The notes under the pieces: model-generated
What the model saw: only the letters and a program-made list of their open reading frames with translations
The model's database searches: none
Told to the model about the DNA's origin: nothing
Source of the DNA: Azolla caroliniana
Taxonomy: Eukaryota > Plantae > Polypodiophyta
Direction of reading: 5' to 3'
Assembly (NCBI GenBank): GCA_043228905.1
Contig: JBHGNT010000011.1
Coordinates: 4,588,001 to 4,652,000, forward strand
DNA: 64,000 bases
Shown: piece by piece, positions 39,160-49,823 of the stretch
How the letters are laid out: each line of letters opens with the position of its first letter
How positions within the stretch are numbered: the first letter of the stretch is position 1
Made by a program: the position numbers and the translations under genes

Positions 39160-42100
39160 TGTTGGGATTACGGTCCCTTCGGATGGGATGGTCGGATGTC
39201 GGAGATGAATGCCGACAAGCCCGGTTGCGGTTTCGGAACCGGATGATGAAGACCCCGGCTTCGGAGCCGGATGACGAATGTACCCGGAGAGAGATCCGGA
39301 TGCGGGGACATATCTGTGAATATGTTTGCCAAGGGCCCTTGAGGCTATAGTTGTAAATAGCCCCAAAGTCATATGTGTATAAATATGACTTAGGGCAAAC
39401 AGTTTTAATGTTGCTACTCATTTTTCTGTTTTTCCACTCAAGAGGAGTGAAGAGAGAGCAGCCGTGAGAGAGATAGAGCGTGAGAGAGGAAGAGGTCGAC
39501 GCCTCTGTGTATTTCCGCCGCCTGTGGCGAGGACAACGAGCTCAAGTTCGTCGCCTTGCAGCTCGCCATTGTATACTTCTTTGTGCATAGTTTTGGTTCG
39601 GAGTCTTGTACTCCCGTGGTTTTTCCCGTACAGGGTTTTCCACGTTAAATCGTGTGTCCACTTATGTACTTCTGCATTTCCCATTTTCTGCAACAACGAT
39701 TCGTGTGTTTCCTTGGTTGTGGCCAAGAGGTGAAGTTTGGAAAGTGTCAATTAATTTTTCCATCAATTTGGTATCAGAGCGGGCTGCTGCAGAAAATGGA
39801 AGGCGGCGGCAGCGGGCAGCCGGGGATGATGGTGCTGAATGCGCAGAATTACGCCGACTGGAAGATCAAGATGGAGGATCTTCTGATTGTTCGGGACCTG
39901 TACGAACCGATTGACAGGTCGGAAATACCGAAGGGAGTACTTGAGTCGGAATGGAGGCTTCTGAACCGGAAAGCCGTTGCAACCATTCGGCAATACGTAG
40001 ACGTGAGCGTTCTACAACATGTGGCGAACGACATCAACGCATATGAGATGTGGCGGAAGCTGTCGGGCCTCTACGAGAGGAAGAATGCGTTGAACCGGAC
40101 CTCCCTGATGAGGAAGATAGTGAACCTCAAGTACCGGGACGGCGAGAGTATGGTGGAACACGTAAGCACATTAATGGGATTCGTGAACCAGCTTGCGGCG
40201 ATCAAGTTCCCGCTGGAGGATGCAATGCAAGCCATCATTCTGATGTGTACATTGCCGGAAAGCTGGGAGAACTTGGTGGTGACTCTCAGCACCTCCTGCA
40301 CGGAAGATAACTTGTCCCTACAAACAGTAAAGACAAGTATTTTGAACGAAGAAGCGCGTCGGAGAGATAAAGAACCGGCCTCCGACTCGAAGGCGCTGCT
40401 TACCGAATCGGAACGGGGAAGACAATGGAACCGGAGTCCGCAAAGACGGGAGAAGTCGGGGACCCGGTCGCAGTCAAGAGGAAGACCCACATGCTTCCAC
40501 TGTGGGAAGCCGGGGCACTTCCGGAAGAATTGTCGGCATTACCGAAAGGACAACGGAGCCGACGACACCGATTCGAAGAAGTCACCGGAGAGAAACGGTG
40601 CATACCGGGGAGCCACGGACCGGAGAGGTCCGGATCGGCGAGGGCAGGACCGGAAAGGAACGACGGCACTCGCGGCAAGTGAGGAAGAAATCATGCTCAT
40701 CACCGAAGAAGGTGAACTAAATATTGTCGGCGATGAGACGACCTGGGTGGTCGATTCCGGAGCATCGTTCCACCTGACCCCGGAGAGAAGATACTTCTCA
40801 TCCTACACAGCCGGTGAGCATGGCTGTGTTCGGATGGGAAATGAAGGTACGTGCAGGATTGCCGGCATAGGAGACGTGTGGTTGACAACCCCGACCGGAT
40901 GCAAAATGCTGCTGAAGGATGTCCGACACGTTCCGGAGGTTCGATTGAACCTGATTTCGGCCGGGAGGCTAGACGATGAAGGCTACACAGGTAGCATCCG
41001 GAACGGCGTAATGAAGTTCAGCAAGGGGAGCCTGATAGTGGCTCGGGCCCGGAAAGCCAACACACTGTACCTTATGAATGCCTGGTTGTGTCCGGAAGAG
41101 TTGAACGTGGCAGCCGACACTGCCGGTGAGCTGTGGCACAAGAGACTGTGCCACATGAGTGAGAAGGGGATGAAGAGGCTTGCAGAAGACAACCTTATTC
41201 CAGTGAAGCATGTGCACCTGGAGAAGTGCACCGATTGCCTGGCCGGTAAGCAGAACCGAACCTCCTTCCACTCAAGGCCACCGACGAGACGTAGCGCACC
41301 ATTGGATTTGGTGCACACTGATGTGTGTCAGGTAGAAACGAAGTCACATGGCGGAGCCCAATACTTCGTATCATTCATTGATGATCACAGCCGGAAGCTG
41401 TGGACGGCACCGTTGAAGACAAAGGACCAAGTGTTGTGCGTCTTCAAAGAACTCCACGCAAGAGTGGAAAGGGAATCCGGCAAGAAGCTGAAAGCGATAC
41501 GAGCGGATAACGGAGGGGAATACCGGGGGCAGTTCGCGGAGTACTGTCGCTTGAAGGGAATCCGGCTCGAGTTTACTGTGCCGAAGACGCCGGAACTGAA
41601 CGGGCTCGCCGAGAGGATGAACCGGACCATAATGGAGAGGGTCCGGAGTATGCTGGCGCATGCGGAATTACCCAAGGGGTTTTGGGCTGAGGCGATGTCG
41701 ACGGCGACGTACGTGATAAACAGATCACCCTCAGTACCTTTGGGCGGAGACACGCCGCAGAGAGTGTGGACCGGTAGGGAAGTATCCTACCGGCATCTGA
41801 AGGTGTTCGGGTGTCTCGCATACGTGCATGTGGCAAAGGACCGGAGAGGAAAGCTAGATCCAAAGACCCGGCCATGCATATTCCTCGGTTACGGCGATGA
41901 CGAGTTCGGCTACCGAGTATGGGACCGGGTCGACAAGAAGATATTCCGGAGTCGTGATATCATCTTCATGGAGAACAAGACACTCGCCGACTGGGAGTCG
42001 GAGAAGAAGATGAAGAGCTCAAAGTCGACCGGTGAGGATCAACTCTACGAGGAGCAGTCCCGACCGGCAAGGGACCGGTTAGCACTCGAGGATCCGGCCG

Positions 42101-44483
42101 AAGACGGTGAAGAAACAGAACCGGCCGAAGAAGATGAAAATGATACCGGAACCGGCCCCGATCCCGAAATGGATTCGGATGAAGAAGAATCAGAAGAACC
42201 GGTTACCGAAGCTCCGGAACGGAGATATCCCCTAAGAGAGAGAAGGGCCCCCCGGAGATTTCCGGAACCAGAGCACGTGCTGCTAACCGACGAGGGGGAG
42301 CCGGAGAGCTTTGAAGAAGCAAAGCATGACACCCAGAGCCGCAGGTGGTTGAGTGCCATGCAGGACGAGATGGATTCCCTGCATGAGAACCACACATATG
42401 ATCTTGTGGAGTTGCCGAAAGGAAAGCGGGCACTTCGAAACAAGTGGGTGTTCAAGCTGAAACCGGGAGATGCCGGAAACCCCCCGAGATACAAAGCCAG
42501 GATCGTGGTGAAGGGGTTTCAGCAGAAGAAGGGCGTCGACTTCGACGAGATATTTGCCCCGGTAGTGAAGATGACCTCCATCCGGACGGTGCTGAGCATA
42601 GCGGCAAGCATGGACCTCGAGGTAGAACAGATGGACGTGAAGACGGCATTCCTTCACGGCGACCTCGATGAAGAGATCTACATGCAGCAACCGGAAGGAT
42701 TCGAGAAGAAAGGGAAGGAGCACCTGGTATGCCGGTTGAAGAAGAGCCTTTACGGACTGAAGCAGGCTCCCCGGCAATGGTACCAGAAGTTCGACTCCTT
42801 CATGACCGACGAAGGGTACCTCAAAACGCAGTCCGACCACTGCGTGTTTGTGAAGAAGTTCGAAGGAGGAGACTTTCTAATACTCCTCCTGTACGTGGAC
42901 GACATGTTGATCGTCGGACGGGACCAGGTCAAGATACGGATGCTGAAGAAGGCTCTTCACCGAACCTTCTCAATGAAGGACTTGGGTCCGGCGAGACAAA
43001 TACTAGGGATGCACATCATCCGGGACCGGAGCAAGAAGCAGTTGTGGCTATCACAAGAGAAGTACGTGACAAAGGTGCTTAAACGGTTCAACATGTCGGA
43101 AGCAAGACCGGTCGGATCGACCCTCCCGGCAAACTGCAAGCTGTCCAACAAGCAAAGCCCCAAGACAAAGGCTGAGAAGGAGGACATGATGAAAGTGCCA
43201 TATGCCTCTGCCGTCGGAAGCTTGATGTACGCAATGGTGTGTACAAGACCGGACATTGGATACGCAGTCGGAGTGGTGAGCCGGTACATGAGCAATCCCG
43301 GCAAAGAGCATTGGAACGCGGCCAAGTGGATACTCCGATACCTGAAGGGCACGGCAAACGTGTGCCTCCGATTCGGCTCCGGTAAGCCCGAACTCGACGG
43401 CTTCACCGATTCGGATATGTCGGCTGATGCAGATACCAGCCGGTCCACATCAGGGTATGTGATGACGTATGCAGGGGGAGCTGTTTCATGGCAGTCGAGG
43501 CTGCAGAAGACGGTTGCGTTGTCAACCACGGAGGCGGAGTACATGGCGGCTGTTGAAGCCGGCAAGGAAATAATATGGATGAAGGACTTCATTAGAGAGC
43601 TCGGTATCCGGCAGGAGGAGTACCGACTCTACTGCGACAGTCAGAGTGCAATCCACCTTGCGAAGAACGCGGCCTATCACTCCCGGACGAAGCACATCCA
43701 GCGAAGATATCACTGGATCCGGGAAAGGATAGAAGACAAGGAGTTCGTGCTGACGAAGGTCCACACGGACGAGAACGGGTCGGATATGCTGACCAAGGTG
43801 CTCACACCCGAAAAGCTGGAAGCATGCCGGAAGAGGATCGGATTGGAGAGACATCCCATGCCGAAGTGAAGGGGGAGTTTGTTGGGATTACGGTCCCTTC
43901 GGATGGGATGGTCGGATGTCGGAGATGAATGCCGACAAGCCCGGTTGCGGTTTCGGAACCGGATGATGAAGACCCCGGCTTTGGAGCCGGATGACGAATG
44001 TACCCGGAGAGAGATCCGGATGCGGGGACATATCTGTGAATATGTTTGCCAAGGGCCCTTGAGGCTATAGTTGTAAATAGCCCCAAAGTCATGTGTATAA
44101 ATATGACTTAGGGCAAACAGTTTTAATGTTGCTACTCATTTTTCTGTTTTTCCACTCAAGAGGAGTGAAGAGAGAGCAGCCGTGAGAGAGATAGAGCGTG
44201 AGAGAGGAAGAGGTCGACGCCTCTGTGTATTTCCGCCGCCTGTGGCGAGGACAGCGAGCTCAAGGTCGTCGCCTTGCAGCTCGCCATTGCATACTTCTCT
44301 GTGCATAGTTTTGGTTCGGAGTCTTGTACTCCCGTGGTTTTTCCCGTACAAGGTTTTCCACGTTAAATCGTGTGTCCACTTATTTACTTCTGCATTTCCC
44401 ATTTTCTGCAACAACGATTCGTGTGTTTCCTTGGTTGTGGCCAAGAGGTGAAGTTTGGAAAGTGTCGATTAATTTTTCCATCA
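39160..44483 (+). mobile_element. Full-length intact Ty1/Copia element E1
   Basis: LTRs 39160-39765 and 43880-44483; TSD ACAAC; iMet PBS at 39769-39780; PPT before 43880. Confidence 0.97.
39796..43869 (+). CDS. Copia gag-pol polyprotein, 1357 aa, uninterrupted
   Basis: CFHCGKPGHFRKNC knuckle, VDSGAS protease, HHCC and DDE integrase, LYVDDML RT, RNase H. Confidence 0.97.
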   Translation: MEGGGSGQPGMMVLNAQNYADWKIKMEDLLIVRDLYEPIDRSEIPKGVLESEWRLLNRKAVATIRQYVDVSVLQHVANDINAYEMWRKLSGLYERKNALNRTSLMRKIVNLKYRDGESMVEHVSTLMGFVNQLAAIKFPLEDAMQAIILMCTLPESWENLVVTLSTSCTEDNLSLQTVKTSILNEEARRRDKEPASDSKALLTESERGRQWNRSPQRREKSGTRSQSRGRPTCFHCGKPGHFRKNCRHYRKDNGADDTDSKKSPERNGAYRGATDRRGPDRRGQDRKGTTALAASEEEIMLITEEGELNIVGDETTWVVDSGASFHLTPERRYFSSYTAGEHGCVRMGNEGTCRIAGIGDVWLTTPTGCKMLLKDVRHVPEVRLNLISAGRLDDEGYTGSIRNGVMKFSKGSLIVARARKANTLYLMNAWLCPEELNVAADTAGELWHKRLCHMSEKGMKRLAEDNLIPVKHVHLEKCTDCLAGKQNRTSFHSRPPTRRSAPLDLVHTDVCQVETKSHGGAQYFVSFIDDHSRKLWTAPLKTKDQVLCVFKELHARVERESGKKLKAIRADNGGEYRGQFAEYCRLKGIRLEFTVPKTPELNGLAERMNRTIMERVRSMLAHAELPKGFWAEAMSTATYVINRSPSVPLGGDTPQRVWTGREVSYRHLKVFGCLAYVHVAKDRRGKLDPKTRPCIFLGYGDDEFGYRVWDRVDKKIFRSRDIIFMENKTLADWESEKKMKSSKSTGEDQLYEEQSRPARDRLALEDPAEDGEETEPAEEDENDTGTGPDPEMDSDEEESEEPVTEAPERRYPLRERRAPRRFPEPEHVLLTDEGEPESFEEAKHDTQSRRWLSAMQDEMDSLHENHTYDLVELPKGKRALRNKWVFKLKPGDAGNPPRYKARIVVKGFQQKKGVDFDEIFAPVVKMTSIRTVLSIAASMDLEVEQMDVKTAFLHGDLDEEIYMQQPEGFEKKGKEHLVCRLKKSLYGLKQAPRQWYQKFDSFMTDEGYLKTQSDHCVFVKKFEGGDFLILLLYVDDMLIVGRDQVKIRMLKKALHRTFSMKDLGPARQILGMHIIRDRSKKQLWLSQEKYVTKVLKRFNMSEARPVGSTLPANCKLSNKQSPKTKAEKEDMMKVPYASAVGSLMYAMVCTRPDIGYAVGVVSRYMSNPGKEHWNAAKWILRYLKGTANVCLRFGSGKPELDGFTDSDMSADADTSRSTSGYVMTYAGGAVSWQSRLQKTVALSTTEAEYMAAVEAGKEIIWMKDFIRELGIRQEEYRLYCDSQSAIHLAKNAAYHSRTKHIQRRYHWIRERIEDKEFVLTKVHTDENGSDMLTKVLTPEKLEACRKRIGLERHPMPK

Positions 44484-44489
44484 ACAACA

Positions 44490-47400
44490 TGTTGGGATTT
44501 CGGTCCCTCCGGATGGGATGTCCGGAGATGAATGACGGCAAGCCCGGAGGCTGTTACGGAACCATATGATGAAGAGTACCCGGCATGAAGCCGGATGAAG
44601 AGTACCCGGCTGCGGATCCGGATGATGAAGACCCCGGTTACGGAGCCGGATGCTGAAGACCCCGGTTACGGAGCCGGATGCTGAAGACCCCGGTTACGGA
44701 GCCGGATGACGTATGTACCCGGAGAGAGATCCGGATGCGGAGACATATTTGTGAATATGTTTGCCAAGGGCCCTTGAGGCTATACTTGTAAATAGCCCGA
44801 AAGTCATATATGTATAAATATGACTTAGGGCAAACAATTTTTGTTATTGCTTAATTTTCATGCGAAGTGAGAGCAGCCGAGAGAGAGAGAGACGAAGAGG
44901 TCGTTGCCTCTGTGTATTGCCGCCGCCTGTGGCGAAGACAGTGAGCTCAAGGTTGTTGCCTTGTAGCTTCACCAGTGTACATCCCTGTTCATAGTGATAG
45001 TTGGAGTTTGAGGACTCCCGTGGTTTTTCCCATTTACGGTTTTCCACGTAAAACATCCAGTGTACCTTTCTCTCTATTGTTTTGTGCATTTTGTATTTCC
45101 TGTTTTCTGTGAGTTAATCCCATTCCTCGGTTGTGGCCGAGCACTGTTTTCAACAAACTGGTATCAGAGCGACGGTAACACAGAAAATGGAAGGCGGCGG
45201 TAGTGGGCCTCCGGGCATGATGGTGTTGAACTCACAGAACTACGCCGACTGGAAGATAAAGATGGAAGACCTTCTCATCGTCCGAGACCTGTACGAACCG
45301 ATTGACAATGCCGAGATACCCAAGGGAGTAATAGAGTCGGAGTGGAAGCTCCTGAACCGGAAAGCCGTAGCGACGATTCGACAATATGTCGATGTAAGCG
45401 TCCTACAACATGTGGCGAACGACACCAACGCATATGAGATGTGGAAGAAGCTGTCGGGCCTCTACGAGAGGAAGAATGCGTTGAACCGGACCTCCCTGAT
45501 GAGGAAAATAGTGAACCTCAAGTACCGGGACGGCGAGAATATGGTGGAACACGTGAGCACGTTCATGGGATTCGTGAACCAGCTTGCGGCGATCAAGTCC
45601 CCGTTGGAGGATGCAATGCAAGCCATCATCCTGATGTGTACATTGCCGGAAAGCTGGGAGAACCTGGTGGTGACTCTCAGCACCTCCTGCACCGAAGATA
45701 ACTTGTCCCTACAAACGGTAAAGACAAGTATTTTGAACGAAGAAGCGCGTCGGAGAGATAAAGAACCGGCCTCCGACTCGAAGGCGCTGCTCACCGAATC
45801 GGAACGGGGAAGACAATGGAACCGGAGTCCGCAAAGACGGGAGAAGTCGGGGACCCGGTCGCAGTCAAGAGGAAGACCCACATGCTTCCACTGTGGGAAG
45901 CCGGGGCACTTCCGGAAGAATTGTCGGCATTACCGAAAGGACAACGGAGCCGACGACACCGATTCGAAGAAGTCACCGGAGAGAAACGGTGCATACCGGG
46001 GAGCCACGGACCGGAGAGGTTCGGATCGGCGAGGGCAGGACCGGAAAGGAACGACAGCACTCGCGGCAAGTGAAGAAGAGATTATGCTCATTACCGAAGA
46101 GAGGGAGCTGAACCTTGCCGGCGTAGAGATGACCTGGGTGGTCGATTCCGGAGCGTCGTTCCACCTGACCCCGGAGAAGAAATACTTCTCATCCTACACA
46201 GCCGGTGAGCACGGCTTTGTCCGGATGGGAAATGAAGGTACATGCCGGATTGCCGGCATAGGAGACGTGTGGCTGATGACATCAACCGGATGCAAGATGC
46301 TGCTGAAGGATGTTCGACACGTTCCGGAGGTTCGATTGAACCTGATTTCGGCCGGGAGGCTAGACGATGAAGGCTACACGGGTAGCATCCGGAACGGTGT
46401 CATGAAGTTCAGCAAAGGGAGCCTGATAGTGGCTCGGGCCCGGAAGGTCAACACTCTGTACCTGATGAATGCCCGATTATGTCCGGAAGAGCTGAACGTG
46501 GCAGCCGACACTGCCGGTGAGCTGTGGCACAAAAGACTGTGCCACATGAGTGAGAAGGGGATGAAGAGGCTTGCAGAAGACAACCTTATTCCAGTGAAGC
46601 ATGTGCACCTGGAGAAGTGCACCGACTGCCTGGCTGGTAAGCAAAACCGGACCTCCTTCCACTCAAGGCCACCGACGAGACGTAGCGCACCATTGGAGCT
46701 GGTGCACACTGATGTGTGTCAGGTAGAAACGAAGTCACATGGCGGAGCCCAGTACTTCGTGACATTCATTGATGATCACAGCCGGAAGCTGTGGACGGCA
46801 CCGTTGAAGACAAAGGACCAAGTGTTGTCCGTCTTCAAAGAACTCCACGCGAGAGTGGAAAGAGAATCCGGCAAGAAGCTGAAAGCGATACGAGCGGATA
46901 ACGGAGGGGAATACCGGGGGCAGTTCCAGGAGTACTGTCGCTCGAAGGGAATCCGGCTCGAGTTTACTGTGCCGAAGACGCCGGAACTGAACGGGCTGGC
47001 CGAGAGGATGAACCGGACCATAATGGAGAGGGTCCGGAGTATGCTGGCGCATGCGAAATTACCCAAGGGGTTTTGGGCTGAGGCGATGTCGACGGCGACA
47101 TACGTGATAAACAGATCACCCTCAGTACCTTTGGACGGAGACACGCCGCAGAGAGTGTGGACTCGGCCATGCATATTCCTCGGTTACGGCGACGACGAGT
47201 TCGGCTACCGAGTATGGGACCCGGTCGACAAGAAGATATTCAGGAGTCGAGATATCATCTTCATGGAGGACAAGACACTCGCCGACTGGGAGTCGGAGAA
47301 GAAGATGAAGAGCTCCAAGTCGACCGGTGAGGATAAACTCTACGAGGAGCAGTCCCGACCGGCAAGGGACCAGTTAGCACTCGAGGATCCGGCCGAAGAC

Positions 47401-49818
47401 GGTGAAGAAACAGAACCGGCCGAAGAAGAAGATGAAAATGATACCGGAACCGGCCCCGATCCCGAAATGGATTCGGATGAAGAAGAAGAATCGGAAGAAC
47501 CGGTTACCGAAGCTCCCGAACGGAGATATCCTCTAAGAGAGAGAAGGGCCCCCCGGAGATTTCCGGAACCAGAGCACGTGCTGCTAACCGACGAGGGGGA
47601 GCCGGAGAGCTTTGAAGAAGCAAAGCACGACACCCAGAGCCGCAGGTGGTTGAGTGCCATGCAGGACGAGATGGATTCCCTGCATGAGAACCACACATAT
47701 GAACTTATGGAGTTGCCGAAAGGAAAGCGGGCACTTCGAAACAAGTGGGTGTTCAAGCTGAAACCGGGAGATGCCGGAAACCCCCCGAGATACAAAGCCA
47801 GGATCGTGGTGAAGGGGTTTCAGCAGAAGAAGGGCGTCGACTTCGACGAGATATTTGCCCCGGTAGTGAAGATGACCTCCATCCGGACGGTGCTGAGCAT
47901 AGCGGCAAGCATGGACCTCGAGGTAGAACAGATGGACGTGAAGACGGCATTCCTTCACGGTGACCTCGAAGAAGAGATCTACATGCAGCAACCGGAAGGA
48001 TTCGAGAAGAAAGGGAAGGAGCACCTGGTATGCCGGTTGAAGAAGAGCCTTTACGGACTGAAGCAGGCTCCCCGGCAATGGTACCGGAAGTTCGACTCCT
48101 TCATGACCGACGAAGGGTACCACAAAACGCAGTCTGACCACTGCGTGTTTGTGAAGAAATTCGAAGGAGGAGACTTTCTAATACTCCTCCTGTACGTGGA
48201 CGACATGTTGATCGTCGGACGGGACCAGGTCAAGATACGGATGCTGAAGAAGGCTCTTCACCGAACCTTCTCAATGAAGGACTTGGGTCCGGCGAGACAA
48301 ATACTAGGGATGCACATCATCCGGGACCGGAGCAAGAAGCAGTTGTGGCTGTCACAGGAGAAGTACGTGACAAAGGTGCTTCAACGGTTCAACATGTCGG
48401 AAGCAAGACCGGTCGGATCAACCCTCCCGGCAAACTGCAAGCTGTCCAGCAAGCAAAGCCCCAGGACAAAGGCTGAGAAAGAGGACATGATGAAAGTACC
48501 ATATGCCTCTGCCGTCGGAAGCTTGATGTACGCAATGGTGTGTACAAGACCAGACATTGGATACGCAGTCGGAGTGGTGAGCCGGTACATGAGCAATCCC
48601 GGCAAAGAGCATTGGAACGCGGTCAAGTGGATACTCCGATACCTGAAGGGCACGGCAAACGTGTGCCTCCGATTCGGCTCCGGTAAGCCCAAACTCGACG
48701 GCTTCACCGATTCGGATATGTCGGCTGATGCAGATACCAGCCGGTCCACATCAGGGTATGTGATGACCTATGCAGGGGGAGCCGTTTCGTGGCAGTCGAG
48801 GCTGCAGAAGACGGTTGCGTTGTCAACCACGGAGGCGGAGTACATGGCAGCTGTTGAAGCCGGCAAGGAAATAATATGGATGAAGGACTTCATTAGAGAG
48901 CTCGGGATCCGGCAGGAGGAGTACCGACTCTACTGCGATAGTCAGAGTGCCATCCACCTTGCAAAGAACGCGGCCTACCATTCCCGGACGAAACACATCC
49001 AGCGTAGATACCACTGGATCCGGGAAAGGATAGAAGACAAGGAGTTCGTGCTGACGAAGATCCACACGGACGAGAACGGGTCGGATATGCTGACCAAGGT
49101 GCTCACACCCGACAAGCTGGAAGCATGCCGGAAGAGGATCGGGCTGGAGAGACATCCCATGCCGAAGTGAAGGGGGAGTTTGTTGGGATTTCGGTCCCTC
49201 CGCATGGGATGTCCGGAAATGAATGACGGCAAGCCCGGAGGCTGTTACGGAACCATATGATGAAGAGTACCCGGCATGAAGCCGGATGAAGAGTACCCGG
49301 CTGCGGATCCGGATGATGAAGACCCCGGTTACGGAGCCGGATGCTGAAGACCCCGGTTACGGAGCCGGATGACGTATGTACCCGGAGAGAGATCCGGATG
49401 CGGAGACATATTTGTGAATATGTTTGCCAAGGGCCCTTGAGGCTATACTTGTAAATAGCCCGAAAGTCATATATGTATAAATATGACTTAGGGCAAACAA
49501 TTTTTGTTGTTGCTTAATTTTCATGCGAAGTGAGAGCAGCCGAGAGAGAGAGAGACGAAGAGGTCGTTGCCTCTGTGTATTGCCGCCGCCTGTGGCGAAG
49601 ACAGTGAGCTCAAGGTTGTTGCCTTGTAGCTTCACCAGTGTACATCCCTGTTCATAGTGATAGTTGGAGTTTGAGGACTCCCGTGGTTTTTCCCATTTAG
49701 GGTTTTCCACGTAAAACATCCAGTGTACCTTTCTCTCTATTGTTTTGTGCATTTTGTATTTCCTGTTTTCTGTGAGTTGATCCCATTCCTCGGTTGTGGC
49801 CGAGCACTGTTTTCAACA
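44490..49818 (+). mobile_element. Full-length Ty1/Copia element E2
   Basis: LTRs 44490-45155 and 49181-49818; TSD CAACA; iMet PBS at 45159-45170. Confidence 0.97.
45187..49170 (+). CDS. Copia gag-pol polyprotein, 1327 aa, open, with an in-frame 32-aa integrase deletion
   Basis: Near-identical to the E1 protein; QRVWT|RPCIF junction near 47163. Confidence 0.95.
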   Translation: MEGGGSGPPGMMVLNSQNYADWKIKMEDLLIVRDLYEPIDNAEIPKGVIESEWKLLNRKAVATIRQYVDVSVLQHVANDTNAYEMWKKLSGLYERKNALNRTSLMRKIVNLKYRDGENMVEHVSTFMGFVNQLAAIKSPLEDAMQAIILMCTLPESWENLVVTLSTSCTEDNLSLQTVKTSILNEEARRRDKEPASDSKALLTESERGRQWNRSPQRREKSGTRSQSRGRPTCFHCGKPGHFRKNCRHYRKDNGADDTDSKKSPERNGAYRGATDRRGSDRRGQDRKGTTALAASEEEIMLITEERELNLAGVEMTWVVDSGASFHLTPEKKYFSSYTAGEHGFVRMGNEGTCRIAGIGDVWLMTSTGCKMLLKDVRHVPEVRLNLISAGRLDDEGYTGSIRNGVMKFSKGSLIVARARKVNTLYLMNARLCPEELNVAADTAGELWHKRLCHMSEKGMKRLAEDNLIPVKHVHLEKCTDCLAGKQNRTSFHSRPPTRRSAPLELVHTDVCQVETKSHGGAQYFVTFIDDHSRKLWTAPLKTKDQVLSVFKELHARVERESGKKLKAIRADNGGEYRGQFQEYCRSKGIRLEFTVPKTPELNGLAERMNRTIMERVRSMLAHAKLPKGFWAEAMSTATYVINRSPSVPLDGDTPQRVWTRPCIFLGYGDDEFGYRVWDPVDKKIFRSRDIIFMEDKTLADWESEKKMKSSKSTGEDKLYEEQSRPARDQLALEDPAEDGEETEPAEEEDENDTGTGPDPEMDSDEEEESEEPVTEAPERRYPLRERRAPRRFPEPEHVLLTDEGEPESFEEAKHDTQSRRWLSAMQDEMDSLHENHTYELMELPKGKRALRNKWVFKLKPGDAGNPPRYKARIVVKGFQQKKGVDFDEIFAPVVKMTSIRTVLSIAASMDLEVEQMDVKTAFLHGDLEEEIYMQQPEGFEKKGKEHLVCRLKKSLYGLKQAPRQWYRKFDSFMTDEGYHKTQSDHCVFVKKFEGGDFLILLLYVDDMLIVGRDQVKIRMLKKALHRTFSMKDLGPARQILGMHIIRDRSKKQLWLSQEKYVTKVLQRFNMSEARPVGSTLPANCKLSSKQSPRTKAEKEDMMKVPYASAVGSLMYAMVCTRPDIGYAVGVVSRYMSNPGKEHWNAVKWILRYLKGTANVCLRFGSGKPKLDGFTDSDMSADADTSRSTSGYVMTYAGGAVSWQSRLQKTVALSTTEAEYMAAVEAGKEIIWMKDFIRELGIRQEEYRLYCDSQSAIHLAKNAAYHSRTKHIQRRYHWIRERIEDKEFVLTKIHTDENGSDMLTKVLTPDKLEACRKRIGLERHPMPK

Positions 49819-49823
49819 CAACA

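Noticed and set aside
39652-39795. N-terminal extensions of the 21017, 39652 and 45133 ORFs
   Set aside because: They start at alternative codons within the LTR/PBS; the conserved AAAATGG start follows the PBS
42045-43592. Antisense ORFs recurring in the Copia copies
   Set aside because: Expected shadow frames of GC-rich, near-identical coding sequence; no independent motifs
39160-49818. E1+E2 as a tandem duplication or shared three-LTR structure
   Set aside because: Four LTRs in two distinct pairs, separate TSDs and divergent synonymous sites
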